A stretch of 64,000 nt of DNA from Paragordius varius (taxonomy: Eukaryota > Animalia > Nematomorpha), in assembly GCA_964247055.1 (NCBI GenBank), contig OZ176057.1, forward strand, positions 2,604,001-2,668,000, read 5' to 3'. Shown here in pieces: positions 1-12,199 of this stretch; position 1 is the stretch's first letter, and every line of letters starts with the position of its first letter. The notes below the pieces were generated by a model, which was not told the origin of the DNA, searched no databases, and saw only the letters and a program-made list of their open reading frames with translations. A program made the translations under genes and the position numbers.

Positions 1-2526
1 CAGAAATGAAAGTAATACTTTGTTATTGTGTTCAGACATGTCAAATTGTGGATCAGGAGTTACGGTATTTATTGGGTTTGAAGCTGCAATGTTGCGAGAT
101 GATGGATCAAAGTTGTAAAAGTAGTAATCACTTGCATTTAAACGTATTATGGATTGTCTAGTGTGATAAAAGATTTGTTGGGTTTGTATAAGATCCATTG
201 AAAGAGAGATTTGAGGGTATTCTACAAATAGATCGGAATCATAAATTTGTTTAACACTATCTCTGTCAGATCTTAACATACTATCTCCATGTACAATGCT
301 GTAACTGCCTGGCTCCCATACCGTAAATGGTAATTTCAAAAATGGTTCCTGTGATAATTGCTCACTGTTTACTAAAGATTTCGTACTATGCTTGGTATTT
401 TGCGTAGATCCCAAAACCTTTTGCAATTGATCACTTTGCATGCATGGTATGTTTTGTCCAAACACATTTTTTATGTTTGGTAAAATGAGTTTGGCATCTA
501 ACAAAACTTTAGTTTTCTTAACAGTCGTTTTTGCCTGCTCTTTTGGTGTATACAAGAGTATATCGTCTGCTGTAACTTGAATATTTTTATCTTTAATATT
601 TTGCAAAATCGTATTTCGATCCAATTCAACACAATGTACTGGGGTACCATCATTATGGTTTAATAATATTTTAGGGTCTGTTTTATAACCCCAACCCAAC
701 GGACAAATGTTTAACGGTTTACAAAGTTTGGTAAATGGGTCATATATAGTTCCTGGCCACTCAGAACAGTGCTGCTTTTTTTGGTTTTCGTTTAGCGATG
801 ATCTGCTTGTAAAAGGACCGAAATTGAGTTTCATAAATCTCTTGGGTTCAAACGCATATGTAAAACGAGCGAATCGGGCATCATTACTGTATTTATATCG
901 TTTGTTATCAATTGGTGAAGGCGATGAAAATATATCATAGCAACTAAGTTCATCGGTAACAAAATTTGCATATATATCGTTTGCTTTTGCATTGCTAGAG
1001 GTCATAGAGAAAAGTTTATTATCACGATCGGTCTGATTTTTGATTATTTGCATAGTTATATAAGCTTCCAAAGCCGTACCATTATTACAAAGAGCACAGT
1101 GGGCATTTCGATACACTTTACCCTTGGCTGACCATATGCGACCGGTATAAGCCAGGCATAACTGATTAACATCAGCCAGCATGTTATCTACATATTGTTG
1201 GTTCATATTGTTTTGAATCAAATTTTCACGGGAAATTTGAACCACAGACGCTGAACAGGAGTAAATAACTGAAGGAACACATTTCCTTATTCCAATTATT
1301 GTCCTTTTCTCATTTTGATTTGAGGGAAAATTTGAGTCCGCAAGGTAATTTTGTCGCCGATCTCTTGTCGATGTTACAAGTTTCATTGCAGGATGCTCAA
1401 ACCTCCACCAGCAGGTGTTACCACCTTGTTTACCTTGAAGATTTTGAGTTGGGTAGATTTTATTACCACTTTTGGATGATAAGGCTTCCACCAAGGTTCT
1501 ATTAACTTTCCATACCAAATATTTTCCATAGCGATCATATGACAGTTGGGAGGTGTTAGGATTTAAGTATTTAGACAAAAAATTATTATCATTAATTTTA
1601 TCGTGTGAAGACTCAGTGTCGAAATCACAGCTGATTGTGGACGACCAGGGAATTAGATTATCTAGATGTATAGCCAATTCTTCATTCGAATATAATTCCG
1701 GTACATTACAAAGACTACAATATACGTTTCGATACGTGATATTTGTGTTTGCATCAGTGTATGGTATGAACGTAAACGCCTCAGCTAAAACTTGCTCTTC
1801 GTCTTCACATTTGGCTCGTAGCAAATTTAGAAGATGAAAAGGCATGTGTCTTAGGGTAGTTGCTATGGTAACAGGGGAACATCTATCAATCATATACACG
1901 TCATAGAGACCGGTAACGTGGCGACAATTAAAATCTTTTGCTTGTTTTATTGACGCCTCAGTGGATACCGATGTTTTATCATTATGAGGACTGGGAACTG
2001 TTTGAAAATCTATACAGCAATCTCCATACATGATGCATTGATTATCACATTCACAATTCTTTAATTTGGTTTGGGATGGTGGAAAGGAACCGTATGACGA
2101 AGCCATGAAGTTATCACCATCATATTGGGTTCTTCCATCCTGACCCCTACCGGAAATTGGTTGAAATGATAGATCTGGTCGTTCACATGAATCCATAGGA
2201 AAGCAAGGTTTTTTTATTAATTGGATTATATTGTAGGTCAGACTACTACTGTCATTTCCTGTTTGTGCGACAAGATTCGATAAGCTACTTGGATGAGGGG
2301 GTAAATTTGTTTCTTTAGCTTTGTCTTGACGAAGAAATTGTAAATGAGGTTGGTTAGAATCATGAATATAAAAATTTGAGTGAGCTGACGAATGATGATG
2401 AAAATCGGCGTGAAACATGGCCGCATTACTAAATATATCGTTTGGATCAGCCGAGAGCTCATGTTTCGTCTGACCCCAAACGAATATATTATGCATAATG
2501 AAACATATTATCAGCAATACTTTCAT
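1..2526 (-). CDS. Secreted/membrane protein with somatomedin-B-like domain and Cys-rich YRNxxCxLCN repeats; probable class-B (adhesion/Methuselah-like) GPCR ectodomain; 3'-partial, single exon in the window
   Basis: Manual translation shows no stop from 2526 to base 1 (842 codons). It starts MKVLLIICFIMHNIFVWG-QT (signal-peptide-like); an alternative in-frame ATG lies at 2586, with an in-frame stop just upstream of that. Motifs: CECDNQCIMYGDCCIDF, ITYRNVYCSLCN, VYRNAHCALCN, IYDPFTKLC. It ends ...KVLLSFL at the window edge (possible TM1). The ORF itself is secure; the GPCR assignment is inference because any 7TM domain would lie outside the window. Confidence 0.8.
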   Translation of the reverse strand, partial: MKVLLIICFIMHNIFVWGQTKHELSADPNDIFSNAAMFHADFHHHSSAHSNFYIHDSNQPHLQFLRQDKAKETNLPPHPSSLSNLVAQTGNDSSSLTYNIIQLIKKPCFPMDSCERPDLSFQPISGRGQDGRTQYDGDNFMASSYGSFPPSQTKLKNCECDNQCIMYGDCCIDFQTVPSPHNDKTSVSTEASIKQAKDFNCRHVTGLYDVYMIDRCSPVTIATTLRHMPFHLLNLLRAKCEDEEQVLAEAFTFIPYTDANTNITYRNVYCSLCNVPELYSNEELAIHLDNLIPWSSTISCDFDTESSHDKINDNNFLSKYLNPNTSQLSYDRYGKYLVWKVNRTLVEALSSKSGNKIYPTQNLQGKQGGNTCWWRFEHPAMKLVTSTRDRRQNYLADSNFPSNQNEKRTIIGIRKCVPSVIYSCSASVVQISRENLIQNNMNQQYVDNMLADVNQLCLAYTGRIWSAKGKVYRNAHCALCNNGTALEAYITMQIIKNQTDRDNKLFSMTSSNAKANDIYANFVTDELSCYDIFSSPSPIDNKRYKYSNDARFARFTYAFEPKRFMKLNFGPFTSRSSLNENQKKQHCSEWPGTIYDPFTKLCKPLNICPLGWGYKTDPKILLNHNDGTPVHCVELDRNTILQNIKDKNIQVTADDILLYTPKEQAKTTVKKTKVLLDAKLILPNIKNVFGQNIPCMQSDQLQKVLGSTQNTKHSTKSLVNSEQLSQEPFLKLPFTVWEPGSYSIVHGDSMLRSDRDSVKQIYDSDLFVEYPQISLSMDLIQTQQIFYHTRQSIIRLNASDYYFYNFDPSSRNIAASNPINTVTPDPQFDMSEHNNKVLLSFL

Positions 2527-5500
2527 TGCATAAAGGCTTGAATCAAATGTTGTAAGATTATAATACTTTGTTAGGGATAAATACATTATATCTTTTGATT
2601 ATAAAGTTAACCAATTTTTGAGATCTTGAGAAAAAGGGCGTTAACCCTTTCGTTTATTTATTAGATTTTATTTTACTATTGTTGGTGGGATATATGGAAT
2701 GACTAGAACGGAAACTCGGGAATATTCAAAATAATTATAATAATTGCTGAGGATTATCAATTTTATCATCATAGATGTAATGTAGTTAAAATATTTTTTA
2801 ATTGCAGATATTAGTAAATTTTAATTGTTTTTACTGGTTTTCATCCATATGCGAATAAATAGGAAGAATTGTGGATTATTGTAAGATATTGCAATATTAC
2901 CACCCACCCAACAGTACAAAACAATGTATAATCCAGATTTTTTATTATCGTTATTCAAAGTTGATTAATCTTTAAATTTTGCATGCTTGGTCGGCACAAT
3001 AGATACTATAATGCAAATTTAGGATTATGTTAGACAGGTTTCATATAATTCGGCTTTTTCCATTCCTTTTATTTTATATGAATAGTGTATAAAGAGCGAA
3101 GAAGATTATTACATTGTATTGAAGGCATAATTGTTTTAAGGAGTGATGTTATGTATACATTCTATTGTTTTCGTTTTTTTTCATTAGAGCTCCTATTTTT
3201 ATGTATAAAAAGGCATTTAAAGATAAGTAATAAAATAGATAGATTATCTTGCAATCAAAATATAACGGTGTTTAAAAACACTCAATTAAAAAAATTAAAC
3301 TCATAATTATTAGACGCTTGTGAATCCAATAACAGGTACATTATATTTGTTTTGTCCCTTATTATGAATTTTTTACAGATTGCGTGATATGGTGCCAAAT
3401 TTACTTTAGAGTTTTTTTTCATATTATAAAGCAAAAAATTAAATTTTATATAAAGGTTTAAGGTTTTATTGTTGAGTAATATTTCAGGGGATTAATTAGT
3501 ATTTATACCTAATATAATTCAAGCACCACTTATATTATCATATTTCTCAACTTATGTCGCAAGTAAATTGCCTAATTAGCCATAAAAGAGTTGTGATAAA
3601 TTTAAAGAGAGATTTTGTAATTTAAAACGAAAGTGTCCATTAAATTATATAGTTAAACAGAGCAGACGATGTTAAATATTAGTTAGTTTGTGAAAGAGAC
3701 GAAAAAATTGTGATGATTACATGTTTGTAAATTTTAAACCATTATATCAAAACTCTTTTTTCGTTTCAAATGTTTTATTAGTTGGATCTTACAAAATTAA
3801 TAAATTTTCCACCATTAATATGTAATAAAATGCTTTAACATAAGACCGTTACATATAAAAAATATAAATCTAAGAACTGATCTTCACACCATAAATTTTA
3901 TGTTTAATATAAAAAGAAAACAATAAATTTGAATGTTCTTAAAACACATTGTAAAAGTAAACTATAATGCCTGAAATGCAATCAAATATGAACATATATA
4001 ATTGAAAAGAATTTCTAATCATACCTGATTTGTATTTAGTCGAATAAATTTACAGGAATTCGCAATTTGATCAAAATATTTCCGCAACCTTTTCGATAAT
4101 TTATATTAATCGGAATATAAATTTAATTTGAAAATAATTAAAAAATAAATCATAACGTTTTCCTTATTGTGGTTTGGAAGTTAACAAAAAAATAGAATAA
4201 AAATAAAATGCGAAAAAGCGTTTAAAAAACAAATACATATTAAAAACTAAATACGCAAATATAAAAATACGAAAAATATATAACAAAAAATGAGAAGCAA
4301 TATATATAAATATAAAAAACTATCATTTTTTTGTAATATCTTCATTAATTTTTTTATATTATATAATATATATTTATTTCAATATTTAGGAAAATCAATT
4401 GTAATAATTTTCTAAAATTATCCAAATTAATTTTATATGTTTTTAAAATTTAGTATCCTAAATGTTTAAAAAATATATAACCACATATAAAATATTATTT
4501 TATATTGTGAAACACTATCAGAGATAAAAAGATTAGATTAGGAGTTTTAAAATTAAAACGGAACTTAGACCCCTCGAATCTATAAAATATTATGTTTGTT
4601 TTCGTAAAAATCGGTTTATATAACAATCATATGGAATTCATATTTTTCCCACAAAACCTTTTTTACATTTAAAGAAATAATAAATCATAATCATAGTCAT
4701 GGAACTTTATATACAATTGAACTTTAATTTTTTATAATCTTAACACGTTGTTGTTGTTGTTTATTTAGGGTTTAATGTACTCATTTTACTTGTTAATTAT
4801 TTTTATGTATATAAATATATTTTTTTTAAAAAATATTAAATTTATATGACAACTGAAATTTTATGTAATATAAAAAAATAATTAAAGCATTTTAGGCGAA
4901 TATTTGATACCCCTAATTCAATCAATATACTAATTATTGGATATATAAATCTGGTAATTTGCCAATAGAATTGCATAAAAAATTTTTAATTATATTTTTC
5001 TTGGACTTCTAATCACTAATATTTCTGTTTTATTAGACAAGCAACTTTTAAAAACCATAAAATTTGGTTTTGTGTATAACATCGTTTTTTTAAATTAAAC
5101 ATAATATTCTCTATTAAAATATTAAATTTATTTTATAACTAAAGTAAAGAAGCATAATGTGGTGAAAAAATATTTCGGCGCCAATAGCTAAAAAAGTTTA
5201 TGTTTATACATTTGTAAAAATATATGAAAAACATTAATTTTGTTTTCCTTAATAAAGTACACAAAACCGTACTTTTTAGTTAAAGCTTGACGTAGATTGA
5301 TTGGCTAAAATTTGCAGTATATGATTGCTAAAAAGTTGATAATTATTGCCAAATAGCATATACAACAAAGGGCAGTATTATTGGCTTATAGTTATTTTTT
5401 TCACTTTTTACACTATTAATCTTTCTAGCAGTGTTTACTTTTTCAAAATGTAAATTAAATATTTGTTTAGACATTTAATAATCTTATATAGTTCTAGTTA

Positions 5501-8500
5501 TTGCATGAAAAATTTTAACACTTTTTTCATCAAAAGTATTTTTCAGAATCCATAATTATTGGTTTAAGCAAAATAATTTTAATTGGTGAATAAAAAGGAA
5601 ATTTAATTAGTGAACAAAAAAACAGTGTAAATATTTGTAGAAAATGCTAGTTATCATTCCCCGTTAACACACCAATTTAATTCTAACCATTCATAATACT
5701 CTTTAATCCATATATTTATTATAAATTTAATTTCACGCCCAAACATATTAAAAAATGATTAAAAATATATTTTATTACCTATCATCATTAAACATAAAAT
5801 ATATTTATAAATTGTAATATAATATATAATATAAAATATATATATAATGTTAATAAAGTGTGTTTGTGTTATAGTTTTCTGAGCAGGTTAACCCAACTCT
5901 TTAATTCGCTTAACATCGAATTTTTTTATTATATTTTATTTATTCGATGAAATTGAGATTTATATCATATAAATTTTATAAATATTCCAAATTTTTTACA
6001 TTGCTAAACATTTATCATTTCATAATTTTTATTTAAAAAATATTTAAATTTATGATTAAACAGAATTTAATTATGAAAAAGAGAGCAATATTAATTTGGA
6101 AAAAAATTACAACTTATAAAACTTAAATAACATAAAAAAACGCCGCAAAATGTTTTCGGCATGATCATAAACCTAATATATTATAAACAAAGTAATTTTT
6201 TAAAGTTAAAAATAGCCCGAAAGTTAGAAAAAAACTTATATTATAATTCTATAAATATTTTCATACATTTTTATTGGGCTAAATATTAAAATTATGATTT
6301 ATAAACATGTTCCTAAAAAAAGAGGATAAAATATATATATTCGACATAATGGTAAAAACATATTTATGTAATTTATATATTTTTTGTAAAATATTTTTCA
6401 TCCAAAAACCCCCAAGGGTCCATTTATGGTGGTCGAATTTGGGCAAAAATTATAAAATGTATTAAAAATATATTACCTATTCGGAATAATATAGAAAGCG
6501 AAAAAAAATATTTCAAAATTTGTTAAAAACCCAGAATGGTTGATATTTAGGCGACAGCGTTATTTGCAAAAAATATTTTTATTATAAAAAAAAAATCAAA
6601 GGTGACAGAAAAATGTATTAAACATATATATAATTATCTATTTCGAGTGTAAATTGTTTGAAATAAGAATGATAAGAACAAGCAAATTCTTACCTTTCTA
6701 CATAATTAAATTAAATTATTATTATTGGAAAGAAAAAAAAAGATTAATTCTCTGATGTGAGATGTGATTCAAATGTAAAAAATCTAACAAATTGATTGTT
6801 TTTACCTGTAACTAGATTATAATAATGAAAAAATTCTTTCATATTATTTATATATAAATAATTTGTCACATTCTTTTTCCATGGAAATTAAAAAAAAAAT
6901 ATAAATATATATATATTTAAACATACATCTATCTATACGATACATAAAGTGATTTCCCACTTCAATATTTTAAAAACAAAAAAGTATAATAATAAATATA
7001 TATACTGCTTCATAGGTCAATAAGGGATTAATATGTTTAGTGAAAAAAAATTTAAATACAATTTAAAATTTTACCTATGTGATCATTATGAATACTTCTT
7101 TGATTTGTAAAATTTGGGAATTTTTCAATCATAAAATGAAAAAAAGTAAGAGTAAAAATATAGGCCCCCTGAAAATCGATATTTTTAAACGTATAAATTA
7201 TGCATTCTAAATATTATTTTGTTTTATAAATAGTTTTACTCCCCCAAAAAGTTAATAATACCTTGATTTTTCAAACAAAGATCCATATTATTAAAAAACT
7301 AAAAGCAGCAATACTAAAAGACAACCATTAAAAGTTTTCGTATAATTATTACCAGGGGCTAAATATAACAAAACAAAATGAATGCGTTTATAGTTAAACA
7401 ATAGTTTCCTTAATTAATTATGTGCTATTTATCCCACGAATTAATATACAGTAGCTTATCGTTACAAACTACAAATGGTTATGATTAAACAGTTATATGT
7501 CCTATGTTTTTACATTAATTTTGTTTATTTAATTAGGGCAAACTTTTTTTAAAACCATACTCTACTGTATATTTTGGTAATGTGTTACAAAGTTCGTTTA
7601 CCAATTAGTTTACCTCAATTATTTTTTCTAAAATATATAATTTTACAAGTTTTACTTCCGAGTCTCTATAATTATTTACAATAATAAAACTATATAATTG
7701 CCTAAATTTGAAAGAAACCACAATTCTTAAATTTAAACAATGATAAAATTTAGAATAATTATTCCGCATTCTCTAGTTATGAGTAATATACAGTAAAAGG
7801 CCATATTATTGGTTATAATATATTCTTGCAATTCGTAAATAGAAATATAAAAATATAATAAAAACAAATATCTCTAATTTTATTTGTTAAATTTATTTCG
7901 ATTATTAAAAAAATTGTTTTTTATTTAAAAATTTTAAAAACGAGAGAATAATACATTTACAGTATTAGTCAAAATATTATGTTTTGTAAAACTTATTATA
8001 ACCCAAACAGAGGTACATAAAATATTACGTAAGCAGCCCACTCAGGATTAATATATATTAAAAATTTTAATTATGCGGACAAAATGTAAAAATATAAAGA
8101 CAAATATTTTTTCTCAAAGACACCGCACTTTTTAAATCTTGAAATACTCATTGTTTTAAACTCGATAGAAATATATACCGGTATCACAATGAATTATGTA
8201 TTTTCCGATTGTAACTAAGAGCTTATATGGGAAACAACAAGGTTATAAAAAGTATGGTTGGTTGTCTTTTATAAAAGTTTATCTTTATATTTTTATGTTT
8301 TATAGTATAATTTTAAATTAACTATAAATTTTTCAAAACCATTTTGGTTAACTGGATATATTAAAAAGACGCCATAATTGAATAACTTTATGGTACCTAA
8401 TTATTTCGTCTGCACACTGGTGATATGTGTGCATATTTAAATGACATATGTTAAATGCAATTACCTTTTCTATAAATTATTTTTTTGCAATTATATTTTT

Positions 8501-9896
8501 TTTAACATTTTTTAATCCTTGGGATTTGTTTTATCCAATTAACTAATTTCTAAAAAATTTTAAATTTAAGAGATAACATATTATTCATTGTGTGATGAAA
8601 TTTAATCTGACACAGGGTTTATCAAAACATATTTTAAACGCTTTCAATTAAATACAAATTATTCACCCCACTAATATATTTATATATAATCAATAATATT
8701 CAATTTTTTCGATAAATACATTATAATTTAAATACCAATAATTTTTTATAGCATAAAAAGTGATAGAGAGCTATGATATTTCTCACATTTTAACGCAATT
8801 TTATAGATTTTTTGTGTCCTTGAGCCCACCAACTATTTTTACACATTGACAAAAATATTTTATATATTTCCACTAATATAAATATTTTCATATTAAATGT
8901 GTAAAAAATTTAGTTCTAAAAAATTGCGTAAATATTTATTAAAACATTTATTTCAAGGCCTAGTTTGCTATTAGAATATCTATTATAAAAAACCCAATTA
9001 AAATTCTTAGAGCATACTGAATTTAAAATATTTGATCTAATAAGTTAGTTATTAATACCAGATAACTATTGCGAAAGTCTTTAGTAAGCAAAACATAAAC
9101 TACAAAGGGTTCATAATTTAATTTTATTGATGGATTTACTTTTCTCCAGGGATCTTTTGAACATTACGGTTTCCTTTTATACTTTTTACATATATGGCAT
9201 AACCAATAAGCAATTAGTAAATAAATACTTAATTATCCTACAAAATGACATATGTTTAATTATGTAAATTAATGTTTAATTAGAAGCATAAAATCATCGT
9301 AAAAGCGTCCTTTTAAAAGAAAAACACAATCATTTTTCAAATACATGCAATCTTTCTACCATTTATTGTAATATAAAATTTTGCTGACAAAATGCAATGG
9401 TAAAAAATCCATAAACCTATATTTAATTAAAGTCAAAGGATTAAAAAAAATATTGTTTATCTAGGTAAATATACCATTTCCGATTTAAACATCTCGAGGA
9501 AAAATTTAAATTTACTGGAAAAATAAAGTATTTGTCTTTGGGGTAATCCTGCATTAGGTATACATTGAATAAAGTTTCATTCGTTAATACTTCATTACTT
9601 TTTTATCTTAGTACCTTTTGGGGTAGTTTAAAATCACAAAGCTCTATTTTGTAAATAAACTATTGTTTTAAAAGTTAACTTGGTTAAAGTTATTTTATCA
9701 TACATTGTTCTCATGTATTGGATATGAAAAAGCTTATTGTTTTTACAGTTTTGTGACTTCTAGAATCCGAAAAGGGGACCCATAACACGATTGAAATGAA
9801 CACCTGAATTTAAAATCAAAATATATCAAATATTTTCTGGTTAAATAGAGCTAAGGGCTTAATAAAGTTAAATATTTATATTTTTCAACTATAATA

Positions 9897-11243
9897 TATA
9901 CCATTTCCCAGTCTAAATAAACGTTTTCCCAGTCTATTGAAACATTTTCCCAATCAATCGAAACGTTTTCCCAGTCAATCGAAACGTTTTCCCAGTCAAT
10001 CGAAACATTTTCCCAGTCAATCGAAACGTTTTCCCAGTCAAACGAAACATTTTCCCAGTCAATAAAAACAGTTTTATTTTTGATGATAAATATTAAAACA
10101 AGAATATAAAAACAACTTTTTATTAGCGTAATATTAGGATATAATTTTTCATAAAAACACATTTATTGAATGACAATTTTTCCAAGTATATTCCAGTGCA
10201 CAATCATTAATGACTTATTCTTTAAATGCTATATTTTTGGTTTTGAGTTATAATATATTTTATCGATGGTTCGCATTAATATATGCGGCTAACTTAAAAA
10301 ATCTATAGTTACGGAGGAATTAGTAAAATTTATAAAAATATACCATTTTTATCACAAAGGTCATTTAACAAAATTTTACGCTAATTTTATAATATTTAAC
10401 ATTTGGTTGGGGGCCTAAGGCGGCCTTCTGAGTATCTTTGTGCGGGCCGCAAAAGATTTGGAAATCCATATGCAAAAATATGCCCACAATATCTTAGTAA
10501 TATTCATATTTCTTACGCAATTATTATAAATGAATCTATTAAATTGGTAATGAATTAAAAAAAATTGTTATATAGTGTTTGTATTTTACAGTCTTATAAA
10601 ATTATGTGAATGCCCGTATATATTTCGAATGGGGAACCGTGTGCTTTGAGTTAAAACTGCGGCCCGCGAAGGCATTTAGTTGGACACCCTTGTTTTAGTC
10701 AAATACCCCTTTATAAATATTTTTAAATCAAAAACATTTTTATCAAAAAAAATTTTTGTTATATATTTTCCGACAGTATTTTTATCGACAAACCGAACAT
10801 ATTTAAAAACTATTTTGAAGCTCGCAAATATTAATGCGAACTATTGATAAAATAAAAAATATATCTTAACTCAAATTCCAAAAATATAACATTTAAAGAA
10901 TAAGTTATTTATTGTGCACTGGAATATACTTGAAAAATTGTCATTCAATAATTGTGTTTTTAATTAAAAATAATATCCTAGTATTACGCTAATATTGGTA
11001 AAAGTTGTTTTATATTCTTGTTTTGATATTTATCATCAAAAATAAAACCGTTTTTATTGACTGGGAAATGTTTCGATTGACTGGGAAAACGTTTTTATTG
11101 TTTGGGAAAATGTTTCGATTGATTGGGAAAACGTTTCGATTGACTGGGAAAATGTTTCGATTGACTGGGAAAACGTTTCGATTGATTGGGAAAATGTTTC
11201 GATTGACTGGGAAAACGTTTCGATTGACTGGGAAAATGGTATA
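9897..11243. mobile_element. Foldback-like non-autonomous element with ~400-bp inverted arms containing 21-bp tandem repeats
   Basis: Left arm ~9897-10290 and right arm ~10820-11243 are reverse complements. Termini are TATACCATTT...AAATGGTATA and the subterminal unit is TTCCCAGTCAATCGAAACGTT. It accounts for the repetitive DWENVSI/SQSIETF ORFs. Confidence 0.85.
10405..10692 (-). mobile_element. hAT-like non-autonomous element nested in the foldback spacer
   Basis: The minus-strand end CAAGGGTGTCCAACTAAATGCCTTCGCGGGCCGC resembles the left end of the 25458 element. The other end is eroded. Confidence 0.5.
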
Positions 11244-11973
11244 CATTTATTTGTCTGTTGCATTAAAAATTAAAAAAATAAAGTAAAGGGCACAAATTTT
11301 GATAGGATTTTTTTATTTTTTTGCATAATGCGCTTAAAAGACTAAATTAAGCATATTTTTAAATTTGGTTTAATAAATAATATTTAAAACATTTAATTTC
11401 AAATCTCTCTAGTTCAAAAAAGTAAAAAATATAGACAATTTTAAATTACTTAAATTTTATTTTTGAGGTGAATTAGAAATGTGAATGGTACATTAAATTA
11501 CATTAAGAATTTAGTACATTTCGTTAAAACATTGAAATAAGCCATGAGTACAAATCCAAAATTTAGTTTTAGATGAAATAATAAAATATAAATTTATTCG
11601 TAAAATATTTTTTACACCTGAGATCAAAGTATTATATAACTTTTAGGGTTAATTCATATCAATAAACATTTATCACATTTTTGTGTTAATATATATATAT
11701 ATATATATAGTAACGAGAGCTTATTATTTAGCCATTTAAGGGGATTTAAATTCCATCTCTATTGGTATGTATAAAATATTTCGTCTTATAAATTTTATTG
11801 ATATTAATGCAAACATAATTGCTTGATAACAAAAAACTCGTTCTTTTTCCATAACTCTAGTTGAATAATTAACTAATTTAACCAATAAAGGTATTTTAAT
11901 TAAACCCCCCTTTTAAGCCAATTTAAACATTGAAATAGCTAATAATAGATCTCTCGTTATTGTACATGATATA

Positions 11974-12195
11974 CAGTCATGTATCTTTAATTTTAGCAAA
12001 AATTTATTTCCGTTAAATGGATTAAATATTTGGTAAAGAATGGAAAAAACAATAGCTCTATGGTAATTTTTATACTTTTTTGATGAATATAATATGGTTA
12101 ATACCATAGAGTTCTTGTTTTTTTCATTCTTTACCAAATATTAATACCAATTTAACTTGAAAAAAAATAAATTTTTGCTAAAATAAAGGCATGTG
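11974..12195. mobile_element. Second copy of the CAGTCATG palindromic MITE, abutting the XPF stop codon
   Basis: Colinear with 38879-39116; the right terminus is eroded. Confidence 0.78.
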
Positions 12196-12199
12196 CTTT

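Noticed and set aside
1-2526. Alternative genetic code, suspected because a coding-looking region had no long ORF in the track
   Set aside because: The frame is fully open under the standard code and simply lacks a stop inside the window. The other genes also translate normally and end in TAA or TAG.
2600-9800. Hidden genes or ncRNAs in the long intergenic region (e.g. ORF 3085-3306)
   Set aside because: Composition is uniformly AT-rich with no conserved motifs or convincing RNA structure. Isolated CCAAT/CRE-like words near 5290-5305 are too short to call.
9897-11243. 21-bp repeat arrays (also at 47960-48210) as CRISPR arrays
   Set aside because: Units are contiguous with no unique spacers, lie in the inverted arms of transposon-like elements, and the context is eukaryotic with no cas genes.
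9851-11286. Repetitive ORFs (DWENVSI, SQSIETF, TGKTFRL) as proteins
   Set aside because: A 21-bp period keeps several frames open on both strands; these are translation artefacts of the foldback arms.
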